A DNA stretch of 64,000 nt from NCBI GenBank assembly GCA_963710605.1, contig CAVQBA010000001.1:160001-224000 (forward strand). Direction: 5' to 3'. Made by a program: the position numbers and the translations under genes. Positions within the stretch are counted from its first letter, which is position 1. Every line of letters begins with the position of its first letter. Of the stretch, positions 54,752 to 64,000 are shown piece by piece. The DNA comes from an uncultured cyanobacterium (GTDB lineage: Bacteria > Cyanobacteriota > Cyanobacteriia > Cyanobacteriales > Cyanobacteriaceae). The notes below the pieces were generated by a model. The model ran no database searches, was not told the origin of the DNA, and was given only the letters and a program-made list of their open reading frames with translations.

Positions 54752-56845
54752 ATGAAAAAAGACCTAAGTAAATATAGAAATATAGGCATTTTTGCTCACG
54801 TTGACGCGGGTAAAACTACTACAACAGAAAGAATTCTTAAATTAACTGGCGAAATTCACAAAATTGGTGAAGTACATGATGGTGCGGCAACTACCGACTT
54901 CATGGAACAAGAGCAAGAAAGAGGTATTACAATTCAATCTGCGGCTACCACTTGTTTTTGGAATGACCATCAATTCAATATTATTGATACTCCCGGACAC
55001 GTTGATTTTACGATCGAAGTATATCGTTCATTAAAAGTGCTTGACGGTGGTGTTGGTGTATTCTGTGGTTCTGGTGGGGTTGAGCCTCAATCTGAAACTA
55101 ACTGGCGTTATGCTAACGATTCTAAAGTTTCTCGTATTATCTATGTCAACAAATTAGATCGTACTGGTGCTGATTTTTACAACGTTGTTAAGCAAGTTGA
55201 TGAAATCTTAGCCGCTAAACCATTAGTGATGGTTTTACCAGTTGGGATTGAAAATGAATTTAAAGGTGTAGTTGATCTTCTTACCCGTAAAGCATGGATT
55301 TGGGATGATTCTGGAGATCCGATGAATTATACCATTGAAGATGTTCCTGAAGATATGAAGGAAGATGTCGAAATGTATCGTGAGCAGTTGATTGAGACTG
55401 CTGTGGAGCAAGACGATGACTTAATGGAAAAATATCTAGAAGGTGAAGAAGTAACGATCGAACAGATCAAAAAATGTATCCGTAAAGGAACATTAGAACT
55501 CGCTTTCTTCCCTACTTATTGTGGATCTTCATTTAAAAATAAAGGTGTACAACTAGTATTAGACGCTGTGGTAGATTATCTACCTGCTCCTGATGAAGTA
55601 CCTCCTCAACCTATTGTTGACTTAGAAGGTAACGAAACAGGAGAAGTAGCGAAAGTAGATCCAGAAGAGCCTTTACGTGCTTTGGCATTCAAGATTATGG
55701 ACGATCGTTATGGTGCTTTAACCTTTACTCGTATCTACTCAGGTACGATCGCTAAAGGTATGACCATCCTTAATACCGCTACAGGTAAAACCGAGCGTAT
55801 TGGTCGTTTAGTCGAAATGCAAGCCGATGACAGAAAAGAAATTGAATCAGCACAAGCAGGTGATATTATCGCTATCGTTGGGATGAAAAATGTCCAAACA
55901 GGTCATACTCTTTGTGATAAAGATCACCCCGGTACTTTAGAACCAATGGTATTCCCAGATCCAGTTATATCGATCGCTATTTCACCTACACAAAAAGGTG
56001 GTAACGAAAAAATGGGTCTTGCATTAAGCAAAATGGTACAAGAAGATCCTTCTTTCTATGTTGAAACCGACCAAGAAAGTGGCGAAACAATTATTAAAGG
56101 AATGGGTGAATTACACCTTGATATTAAAGTTGATATTCTTAAACGTACCCACGGAGTTGAAGTTGAAGTTGGAAGACCTCAAGTAGCTTACCGTGAATCA
56201 ATCACTAAAGTTTATCAAGATAGCTATGTCCACAAAAAGCAATCTGGTGGTGCTGGTCAATTTGCTCGTATTGATTATACGATCGAACCGGGCGAACCAG
56301 GTAGTGGTTATCAGTTTGAATCCAAAGTAACAGGTGGTAACGTTCCTCGTGAATATTGGCCTGCTGTAAATAAAGGATTTGAAACTAGTATCCAAAAAGG
56401 TATTCTTGCAGGTTTCCCTTGTGTTGACCTTAAAGTAACCTTAAAAGATGGTTCATTCCACCCTGTTGACTCTAGTGCAGTAGCATTTGAAACAGCGGCA
56501 AGAGCGGCTTATCGTCAGTCTTTACCTAAAGCAGGACCTCAATTACTTGAGCCTATCATGAATATTGATGTCTTTACTCCCGATGATTATATGGGTGATG
56601 TAATTGGTGATATTAACCGTCGTCGTGGCATGATTAAATCTCAAAGTACCAATCCTATGGGTGTCAGAATTAAAGCTGAAGCACCTTTAAGCGAAATGTT
56701 TGGTTATATTGGTGATTTACGTACTATGACTTCTGGACGTGGTCAATTCTCCATGGAATTCTCTCATTATTCAGCTTGTCCTCGTAATGTAGCTGAAGAT
56801 GTAATCAAAGAAGTGAAAGAGCGTGAATTAGCAATGGCTAAATAA
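54752..56845 (+). CDS. fusA: Elongation factor G (stand-alone paralog)
   Basis: [38 protein letters not shown]; not in an rpsL-rpsG-tuf operon. Confidence 0.95.
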   Translation: MKKDLSKYRNIGIFAHVDAGKTTTTERILKLTGEIHKIGEVHDGAATTDFMEQEQERGITIQSAATTCFWNDHQFNIIDTPGHVDFTIEVYRSLKVLDGGVGVFCGSGGVEPQSETNWRYANDSKVSRIIYVNKLDRTGADFYNVVKQVDEILAAKPLVMVLPVGIENEFKGVVDLLTRKAWIWDDSGDPMNYTIEDVPEDMKEDVEMYREQLIETAVEQDDDLMEKYLEGEEVTIEQIKKCIRKGTLELAFFPTYCGSSFKNKGVQLVLDAVVDYLPAPDEVPPQPIVDLEGNETGEVAKVDPEEPLRALAFKIMDDRYGALTFTRIYSGTIAKGMTILNTATGKTERIGRLVEMQADDRKEIESAQAGDIIAIVGMKNVQTGHTLCDKDHPGTLEPMVFPDPVISIAISPTQKGGNEKMGLALSKMVQEDPSFYVETDQESGETIIKGMGELHLDIKVDILKRTHGVEVEVGRPQVAYRESITKVYQDSYVHKKQSGGAGQFARIDYTIEPGEPGSGYQFESKVTGGNVPREYWPAVNKGFETSIQKGILAGFPCVDLKVTLKDGSFHPVDSSAVAFETAARAAYRQSLPKAGPQLLEPIMNIDVFTPDDYMGDVIGDINRRRGMIKSQSTNPMGVRIKAEAPLSEMFGYIGDLRTMTSGRGQFSMEFSHYSACPRNVAEDVIKEVKERELAMAK

Positions 56846-56936
56846 CATTATTCATCGCTATAAATTAGTTCGTTTTTAATCTATTCATCAATCCCCTTCT
56901 TTTTGTAGCAGGGGTAAGAGTAGGTTAAAAAATAAC

Positions 56937-56980
56937 AAAAGGTTGGGTTAAACACTAGTGGTTTTTGCCCAGCCTTTTTT
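56937..56980 (+). terminator. Intrinsic terminator
   Basis: AAAAGGTTGGG...CCCAGCCTTTTTT. Confidence 0.6.
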
Positions 56981-57026
56981 ATTGTTAATTGTCAATTATC
57001 AATTATCAATTGTCAATTTGTACAAT

Positions 57027-57779
57027 CTATTTTTGTTGTTCTTGTAATTGTTGTTGTTGTTGAATGATGCTATTTAGAACTTCGACTGAATCTTTAGCAG
57101 GAACAAATTCGATCGGTAAAACATCTTCATTACCTTCTTTTAGTCTGCCTAACATTACTTCTAAAGGAACAATGACTTGTATTTTAGCATCCGTAGCTAA
57201 ATCAGGTTGTTTTTTCTTCATCTCTGAAATCATTATCTCTCCTCTTTCTTTCTCAAAGAAAACAGGCATAAATTCTACTTCTTCGTTTTGTTCATTTTTA
57301 ATTGTTAGATATAAAGGTTTATCTTCTGAAAAAATAGCGAATAAAGGAACACCATTATATTCAGGATTGAGTTTTTTCGCCTCTTCAATTTGTTTGTTTT
57401 GCCCGATGAATTGAAAAGTGATTTGAGGATTTTCTTTAAATGCTTCGTTGTAAATATTTAATAAATTAGTTGGTTGTATGCTTTTATCTTGTAAAGCATT
57501 AGGATTACTTTTACCTAAATCCTGAACAAAAGATTGAGCTTCTTCCCTAGCCATAAAAATAGGTGTAATTAGTTTTCCTGTTTTTTCGTCTTTACCAACT
57601 AGAGGTACACCTTCTTGATTAGAAATAGTGAAAACAAATATCTGACCAAGTTTTTGATTGATTGCTTCTTGAGGAAGAGCTAATACTTTAGTACTCTGTG
57701 TGTACCAACAACCCAAAACGGTTGTACCGACTAAAGCTAAACTTTGTATTTTACTTAATAAAGATTTTTTTCTTAACAT
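57027..57779 (-). CDS. tic22: Tic22 family protein
   Basis: Signal peptide, ALPQEAINQKL..VFTI...G.PL, YNGVPLF, PVFFEKE. Confidence 0.85.
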   Translation of the reverse strand: MLRKKSLLSKIQSLALVGTTVLGCWYTQSTKVLALPQEAINQKLGQIFVFTISNQEGVPLVGKDEKTGKLITPIFMAREEAQSFVQDLGKSNPNALQDKSIQPTNLLNIYNEAFKENPQITFQFIGQNKQIEEAKKLNPEYNGVPLFAIFSEDKPLYLTIKNEQNEEVEFMPVFFEKERGEIMISEMKKKQPDLATDAKIQVIVPLEVMLGRLKEGNEDVLPIEFVPAKDSVEVLNSIIQQQQQLQEQQK

Positions 57780-58193
57780 AATAGTTTTGCGAATGTATGT
57801 GATTGAAGATGACGATTAAATACACTAATAGTTTCGGTTCTATCTTAGTGTAATAATAAAGATATTTACAATACGTGTGCTAAGGTTGTGATTATACAAT
57901 TGAATTTTTGTCGCTACAAAACAAAAGTTAGACAATAGATGCTTCAGCTAAAATATTCGACATATTTTTTAGCTACTTAATTATCAGACATACTAACATC
58001 TTATTAAAAATTTGGTGAGCTGAAGACTCGATGCTTAACGTAAGTTATTAGAAATAATCTCTTCAATGCCACATTTTGATTAAAGTAATAATTATCTCAC
58101 CAATGTAATTAAAATGGTATAATATTTATGCTTACCTATGGTATCAATTTTTAATCAACAAACCAAAATGTGATAGTTAAATAAGTGAGTATT

Positions 58194-58280
58194 GGAGAGG
58201 TGGCAGAGTGGTTGAATGCGGCAGTCTCGAAAACTGTTTGGGCTTTATAGCTCACGGGGGTTCGAATCCCCCCCTCTCCG
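58194..58280 (+). tRNA. tRNA-Ser (CGA)
   Basis: GGAGAGG/CCTCTCC acceptor stem, anticodon arm GCAGT-CTCGAAA-ACTGT, long variable arm, GTTCGAATC; CCA not encoded. Confidence 0.96.
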
Positions 58281-58673
58281 TAACAAAAGTAATGAGTAAG
58301 AAGCCTTAATAGTTAAGAGTTAAGAGTTAAAAGTTAAAAAACATTGTCAATTGTCAATTATTTCGTTGTTAATTCTTTCCCTCCGCCATCGATCGTTTTT
58401 AACTAATTATAAAATTATTGATATTGATATTGATATTTATTTATTTTGTAATTTTCCGATGACAACTCTAACATTAATAATTATGTTAACGATTAAATAA
58501 TATATATGTCTAAAAAATATAGTTATATATAATCAAAAAAATAATTATTTACTGTATCTAAATTAATAAAATTTACTAACAAGTAAACTATCAAAAAATA
58601 GTTGAAGATGCCGATCTAAATAATGATAAAATATATCTGTGTTATTAGATAAAGTGAACATCAGAGTTATTAT

Positions 58674-60429
58674 TTGTCGATGATTGAAAAATTAAGAGCT
58701 ATATTTAATCAAGCTATAGTTGAAGCATTTGGAGAAGATTTACCTGATTGTTCTCCTTTAGTTGTACCTTCAACTAATCCTAAATTTGGTGACTATCAAT
58801 GTAATGTCGCTTTGTCTTTGGCTAAAGTTTTAAAAGAAAAACCAAGAACGATCGCTACAAAAATTGTCGAAACAGTTAAATTAGATGATTGGATAGAACC
58901 ATTATCGATTGCACGACCGGGTTTTATTAATATTAGTATAAAACCAGAATATATAGCTCAACAAATTCAATTTGCCCAACAAAATGAACGTTTAGCAGTC
59001 ACTAAAACTGATTATCCTGAAAAAATAGTAGTTGATTTTTCAAGCCCTAATATCGCCAAACAGATGCACGTAGGACATCTACGATCGACTATCATTGGAG
59101 ATACGATCGCTAGAATATTAGAATTTAGAGGGCATCAAGTTTTAAGACTCAATCATGTTGGTGATTGGGGTACGCAATTTGGTATGCTGATCAGTTATTT
59201 GCGTACTGAGAAACCAGAAGTTTTAACTACTGCTAATGCGGTCGATATTGGCGATCTTGTTACTCTTTATAAACAAGCTAAAGCTAAATTCGATCGAGAG
59301 CCAGAATTTCAACAACAAGCCCGAACTGAAGTAGTAAAACTACAAAGTAAAGATTCTGAAAGTATCAAAGCATGGCAACTACTTTGCGAACAATCTCGTC
59401 ATGAATTTGAAATTATTTATGATTTATTAGATATAGAATTAACTGAAAGAGGAGAATCTTTTTATAATCCTTTTTTACCTGATATAATTGATACTTTAAA
59501 AGCAGAAAATATACTTGAAGAAAATCAAGGTGCTCAGTGTGTTTTTGTCGATGGTTTTATTAATAAAGAAGGTGAACCTTTACCTTTAATTGTGCAAAAA
59601 AGTGATGGCGGTTATAACTATGCTACGACAGATTTAGCGGCAATCAAATATCGTGTTAATCAAGACCAAGCTACCCGTATTATTTATGTAACAGATGCAG
59701 GACAAGCTAATCATTTTACGCAAGTTTTTGAAGTAGCAAAGAAAGCAAATTTAGCACCTAGAAAATATTGATTTAGTTCATGTACCTTTTGGTTTAGTTT
59801 TATCAAAAGACGGGACAAAAATTAGTACTAGAGAAGGGGAAACAATTCGCCTTCAAGACTTGTTAGATGAAGCAGTAATTAGAGCAAAACAAGACTTAGA
59901 AAGTCGGTTAGAGAAAGACGAAAGAAGCGAAACACCTGAATTTATTAATCATGTTAGTCAAGTGGTTGGTTTAAGTGCAGTTAAATATGCTGATTTAAGT
60001 CAAAACCGTACTACTGATTATCGCTTTAGTTATGATAAGATGCTGAATTTTCAAGGGAATACAGCACCGTATCTTTTGTATGCTTATGTCAGAGTTCAAG
60101 GTGTTAGTCGTAAAGGAGAGATAGATTTAGATAATTTGAATAGTAGTGAGACTATTATTTTAAATGAAGAAAGTGAATTAGTTTTAGCTAAACATCTTTT
60201 GCAACTAGATTATATTATTAAACAAGTAGAACAAGATTTATTACCTAATCGTCTTTGTTTGTATTTATTTGAACTTAGCCAAAAGTTTAATCAATTTTAC
60301 GATCGATGTCCTATTTTGGATGCGGAGGAAAAAGTAAAAATATCTCGTTTAATTCTAGCTGATTTGACAGCAAAAACAATTAAATTAGGTTTATCTTTAT
60401 TAGGTATTTCGGTGCTACAAAAAATGTAA
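58674..60429 (+). CDS. argS: Arginine--tRNA ligase (frameshift near 59760)
   Basis: [47 protein letters not shown]. Confidence 0.96.
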
Positions 60430-60566
60430 GTAACCAAAAAACAATTAAGTGGTCAGCCATTGTAAATTAAATTAAATAAGAACTTTTGTAAAAGCTAATT
60501 ATTACTAAATTTTTTTTATTTGAGCAAGATTACAATTGCTGTGGTTAAAAAAACATTAATTATCGT

Positions 60567-60712
60567 CTTGGTGGACATTCCCTTGCGGAAAAGTGTGGTC
60601 TTGGACGGGGCGTACAAGCACCTGAAATGAATTCAGGTGTCAGCCCCTCGGTTCTCCCCCATGAACAACTTTTTCAAGAAGCGACTTGCGGTCGTCGCGG
60701 GCTTCCACCGCA
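60567..60712. repeat. Nested GC-rich small dispersed repeats
   Basis: Shares TCTTGGTGGAC.TTCCCTT and GCGACTTGC.GTCGTCGCGGG with the 27340-27445 cluster; internal hairpin CACCTGAA-ATGAA-TTCAGGTG. Confidence 0.75.
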
Positions 60713-60738
60713 ATTATCAATTATTAATTATCAAATGT

Positions 60739-61701
60739 ATGCGTGTTTTTATTACAGGTGCAAGTGGTTGCGTTGGGCATTATATAACTGATTTATTAAT
60801 CAAAAATACAGATTATGAATTATTTTTATTAGTCCGAAATCGTCAAAAACTAAAACTAAAAAATTACGATCGTTCTAATGTTCAGATTATAGAAGGAGAT
60901 TTGAGCAATGTTTTAGCTCATCAAGAATTACTCAAAACAATAAATGCAGTAATTTTGATTGCTACTTGTTGGGGAGGAGAAAAAGAATCTTATCAAATAA
61001 ACGTCGAAGCAAATATTAATATCATTAATAGTCTTAATCCTGATATTTGTGAACGAATTATCTATTTCTCGACAGCAAGTATTTTAGGTAGAGATAATCA
61101 GCTTTTACACGAAGCAGGTGAATTTGGGACAGATTATATCAAAACTAAATATCAGTGCTTTACCCAATTACAAAAATTAGATTTATATCCGAAAATTATT
61201 ACTGTTTATCCAACTTTAGTTTTTGGTGGAGAAGAAGATAAACCATATTCTCATCTCTCAGCAGGATTACAAGACTTACCTCAATGGATGAATATTATTC
61301 GTTGGTTTAAAGCTGATGGTAGTTTTCATTTCGTTCATGCTTATGACATTGCTCAAATTGTGGTTTATTTACTACAAAATAATCAAGATGTCGTGCGAAT
61401 TTATAATAGTAAATTAGTCTTAGGTAATGAGCCTTTAACCGTCAATCAAGCAATTAAAGAGATTGGTGATTATTTAGATAAAAAAATATATTTCCAAATC
61501 AATCTACCAATTTGGTTGGCGAATATTTTTATTAAGGTTTTTAATATTCAAATGGCTAAATGGGATTATTTTTGTTTGAATTATCGTCATTTTACCTATC
61601 CTAAATTTGTTAATCCGCAAACTTTCAGTTTATCGACTCATGTTCCTAATATTGATAGATTAATGAAAGCGACTCAAGTATTAAATCAAAATGATAACTA
61701 G
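60739..61701 (+). CDS. NAD-dependent epimerase/dehydratase
   Basis: MRVFITGASGCVG start, FSTASIL, YIKTK. Confidence 0.88.
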   Translation: MRVFITGASGCVGHYITDLLIKNTDYELFLLVRNRQKLKLKNYDRSNVQIIEGDLSNVLAHQELLKTINAVILIATCWGGEKESYQINVEANINIINSLNPDICERIIYFSTASILGRDNQLLHEAGEFGTDYIKTKYQCFTQLQKLDLYPKIITVYPTLVFGGEEDKPYSHLSAGLQDLPQWMNIIRWFKADGSFHFVHAYDIAQIVVYLLQNNQDVVRIYNSKLVLGNEPLTVNQAIKEIGDYLDKKIYFQINLPIWLANIFIKVFNIQMAKWDYFCLNYRHFTYPKFVNPQTFSLSTHVPNIDRLMKATQVLNQNDN

Positions 61702-62381
61702 AGAAAAAGGTATTCGAGAATGGCTGGCTATTAAGTTTTGTAATTAGTATTATATTATATTTTTTAGTGTAAATATAAGTTAAAGCGATCGTTATCACCT
61801 GTCAATATCGATCAAGATAACAATAATTTAAATACATTTAGTATTTGATTCTTATCGTTATGTCAAAGATGGCTTTGTTATAATTAAAAAAATAATTTGA
61901 GATTTTATGAAAAATAAAATGCTTCACATAGCTCAAGTAAGTGATAAAATTAACGATCGTTGTAATTACTATTCCCGATTAGTAGTAGTCGGATTGTTAT
62001 CTGCTTAACTTTTTTCAAGAAACTAATCATAAGACTTGTTAATCACAAATGGTAAGATAAAGTTGTCAAAAAGAGAGCTTATTCTTAGCTTAATTTGCTA
62101 TATAATCAGAAAACTGATAAGTAAGTAGAGTTAATAATTTTAATTATTTTCCAGCTTTGTGAATCTTTGAGTGTTAAATTTAAGTATTATACCTATATAA
62201 TTAATATTTACTATTTGTAAATGTGGATAAATTTTTACATTACAATTAAGTAAAATATCTAATTACTTATATATAGCCAAATCAGGTAATATAGTTAGAG
62301 TAGATACGGTCAGACTGCTTTGAAAACTGCGGTGGACATAATATAAACCAATTATAATCTTTAACATTAGATAAAATATCG

Positions 62382-62771
62382 GTGATTACCTTAACTCTTT
62401 TGCACCCTTTAAAATCGATTCCAGTTCAAAAATGGAATTTTAAACCTAATACTGTGATTAGAGTCGGAAGAGCAAATAATAATAATGTAGTGCTTTATAG
62501 TGCAGTCGTATCTCGTCACCATGTTGAAATTAGACCGAGAGGAAATGACTGGGCTTTAATTAGTTTAGGATCTAATGGTACGTTTGTTAGTGGTCGAAAA
62601 ATTAATAAAGTTTTAGTCAAACACGGAATGGTAATTCGTCTGGCTAGCTCAGGTCCTAAAATTAGGATTACATTAGAAGAGAGTAATCTGTCACTTGAGA
62701 CACAAAATGAACAAAAACAAGCCAGAATAGCTAGAAGTAGAAATATATCGAAAGAGACTGTGATGAATTAA
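62382..62771 (+). CDS. FHA domain protein
   Basis: VGR, VSRHH, GSNGT. Confidence 0.9.
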   Translation: MITLTLLHPLKSIPVQKWNFKPNTVIRVGRANNNNVVLYSAVVSRHHVEIRPRGNDWALISLGSNGTFVSGRKINKVLVKHGMVIRLASSGPKIRITLEESNLSLETQNEQKQARIARSRNISKETVMN

Positions 62772-62861
62772 AGCAAGGGCAAATCAGTGAACAGTGAACA
62801 ATGAACAATGAACAGTTAAAAGCCTCTTGGTCAGCCTTCTTTGGGGGTTCTGACCGCTATA

Positions 62862-62921
62862 AGCTAAAGGCTAACAGCTAAAACCTAAAACCTAAAACCT
62901 AAAACCTAAAACCTAAAACCT
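62862..62921. repeat. Heptamer array (AAAACCT and variants)
   Basis: About 6 perfect units plus degenerate units after the tlyA stop. Confidence 0.85.
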
Positions 62922-62923
62922 GA

Positions 62924-63766
62924 CTATTTTTGATTAAGTGTTTTAAAGGCTTGATGAGTCAGTTGAGTGATACTTTCTAAGAATTTATCTTCTGGTTCGA
63001 GGTTTTGATTTTGATTTTTGCTTTGGTTTAACCACAATAGATATTCTATATTACCAGCCGGACCTGTGATTGGTGAATAAGTTAAGTTTTGATATTGCCA
63101 TCCTAATTCGAGAGCATCTTGTAGTACTTCATAAATAGCTTGAGCTTGTAAATCGGGATTTCTCACAACACCTTTTTTACCTACTTTATCTTTACCCACT
63201 TCAAATTGCGGTTTTACTAATAAGATAATGTCTTTGGGCGTAGTTAGTAATTCCCATAATTTAGGCAATACTTTTTTTAAGGAAATAAAAGACAAATCCA
63301 TCACACCTAAATCAGCTTGTGTATTGTTTTGATATAGTTTTTCAGGAGTTAAATGGCGAAAATTAGTTCTTTCTAGGAGAGTAACACGATCGTCTATTCT
63401 TAATTCCCATGCTACTTGCCCATACCCGACATCAACGCCATAAACTTGTTTTGCTCCTTTTTGTAATAAGCAATCAGTAAATCCTCCTGTAGAAATACCG
63501 CCATCAAGACAAATACGGTTTTTAACATCAATCTCAAATTCATCTAATGCTTTAACTAGTTTTTCTCCTCCTCTAGAAACAAAAGGAGGTTTAGCTTGTA
63601 CTTGAATCTCACTAGTTACATCAATTAAAGTACCGGGTTTATCAACAATTCTTTCTTTAACTTTAACCTTACCTGCTCTAATTAATTTTTGGGCAAGCGA
63701 TCGACTAGTACATAAATCTTGTTGAGTTAATAAAACATCTAATCTTTCCTTGGGCAAAAGTAACAC
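62924..63766 (-). CDS. tlyA: TlyA-family RNA methyltransferase
   Basis: S4 domain, FVSRGGEKL, STGGFTDCLL, KPQFE, GPAGNIEY. Confidence 0.93.
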   Translation of the reverse strand: MLLLPKERLDVLLTQQDLCTSRSLAQKLIRAGKVKVKERIVDKPGTLIDVTSEIQVQAKPPFVSRGGEKLVKALDEFEIDVKNRICLDGGISTGGFTDCLLQKGAKQVYGVDVGYGQVAWELRIDDRVTLLERTNFRHLTPEKLYQNNTQADLGVMDLSFISLKKVLPKLWELLTTPKDIILLVKPQFEVGKDKVGKKGVVRNPDLQAQAIYEVLQDALELGWQYQNLTYSPITGPAGNIEYLLWLNQSKNQNQNLEPEDKFLESITQLTHQAFKTLNQK

Positions 63767-63806
63767 CTCAAAAATCTAGTCATTACTAATTTACCCAAAG
63801 ATACGA

Positions 63807-64000
63807 TTAAACAGCAACCTTAACTGCTTCAGCTAGAGATTGCCAACGGAAATATCTTTCTCCACCTAATTCTAAGACTATTTTAATTTTGGGTTGTTCT
63901 TTAGCTAGATCAATCAAATATTGTTTTTCTTGGTTAGAAAGTACATAACCTTCAAGAATCCAAAGTACCAAACCTTTATAATTTTCAGGTAAACTTTCAA
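63807..64000 (-). CDS. ndhN: NDH-1 subunit N, 3' part
   Basis: Manual translation LPENYKGLVLWILEGYVLSNQEKQYL...ELGGERYFRWQSL. Confidence 0.85.
   Translation of the reverse strand, partial: ESLPENYKGLVLWILEGYVLSNQEKQYLIDLAKEQPKIKIVLELGGERYFRWQSLAEAVKVAV

Noticed and set aside
3487-57414. Short shadow ORFs in the track (e.g. 3487, 6957, 11675, 15985, 17587, 23085, 25487, 26021, 28380, 33419, 39520, 41286, 49483, 51608, 56198, 57064)
   Set aside because: Antisense or alternative frames of well-supported genes, with no motifs of their own.
58194-58670. Island integrated at tRNA-Ser
   Set aside because: No integrase and no duplicated tRNA 3' end seen; housekeeping genes on both sides.

Overview
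AT-rich cyanobacterial chromosomal segment (abundant CGATCG/HIP1-type sites; ggpS, gap2, sipA, tic22, ndhN). Housekeeping genes (dnaG, sdhA, ftsH, alaS, ftsQ, rsmH, queC, fusA, tRNA-Ser, argS, tlyA) surround a type I-D CRISPR-Cas locus at about 6.3-21.1 kb, several toxin-antitoxin modules, a Y1 (IS200/RAYT-type) transposase and many small repeats. Three observations stand out. (1) An 830-nt group II intron whose RT ORF is reduced to 51 codons sits in sense orientation inside the CRISPR leader, between the probable promoter and the first repeat, and its EBS1 matches the leader exactly. (2) The effector block cas10d-cas7-cas5-cas3 appears to have replaced an ancestral one: the gene order is non-canonical, CGATCG is depleted, and the 3' tail of a canonical csc1 remains before cas6. 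(3) A four-helix-bundle gene between cas6 and cas4 is bracketed exactly by inverted heptamer arrays that also occur alone elsewhere in the window. Many genes, including essential alaS and argS, are split by single-base indels, so most frameshifts are probably assembly errors. All protein assignments come from motif recognition by eye, not database searches.
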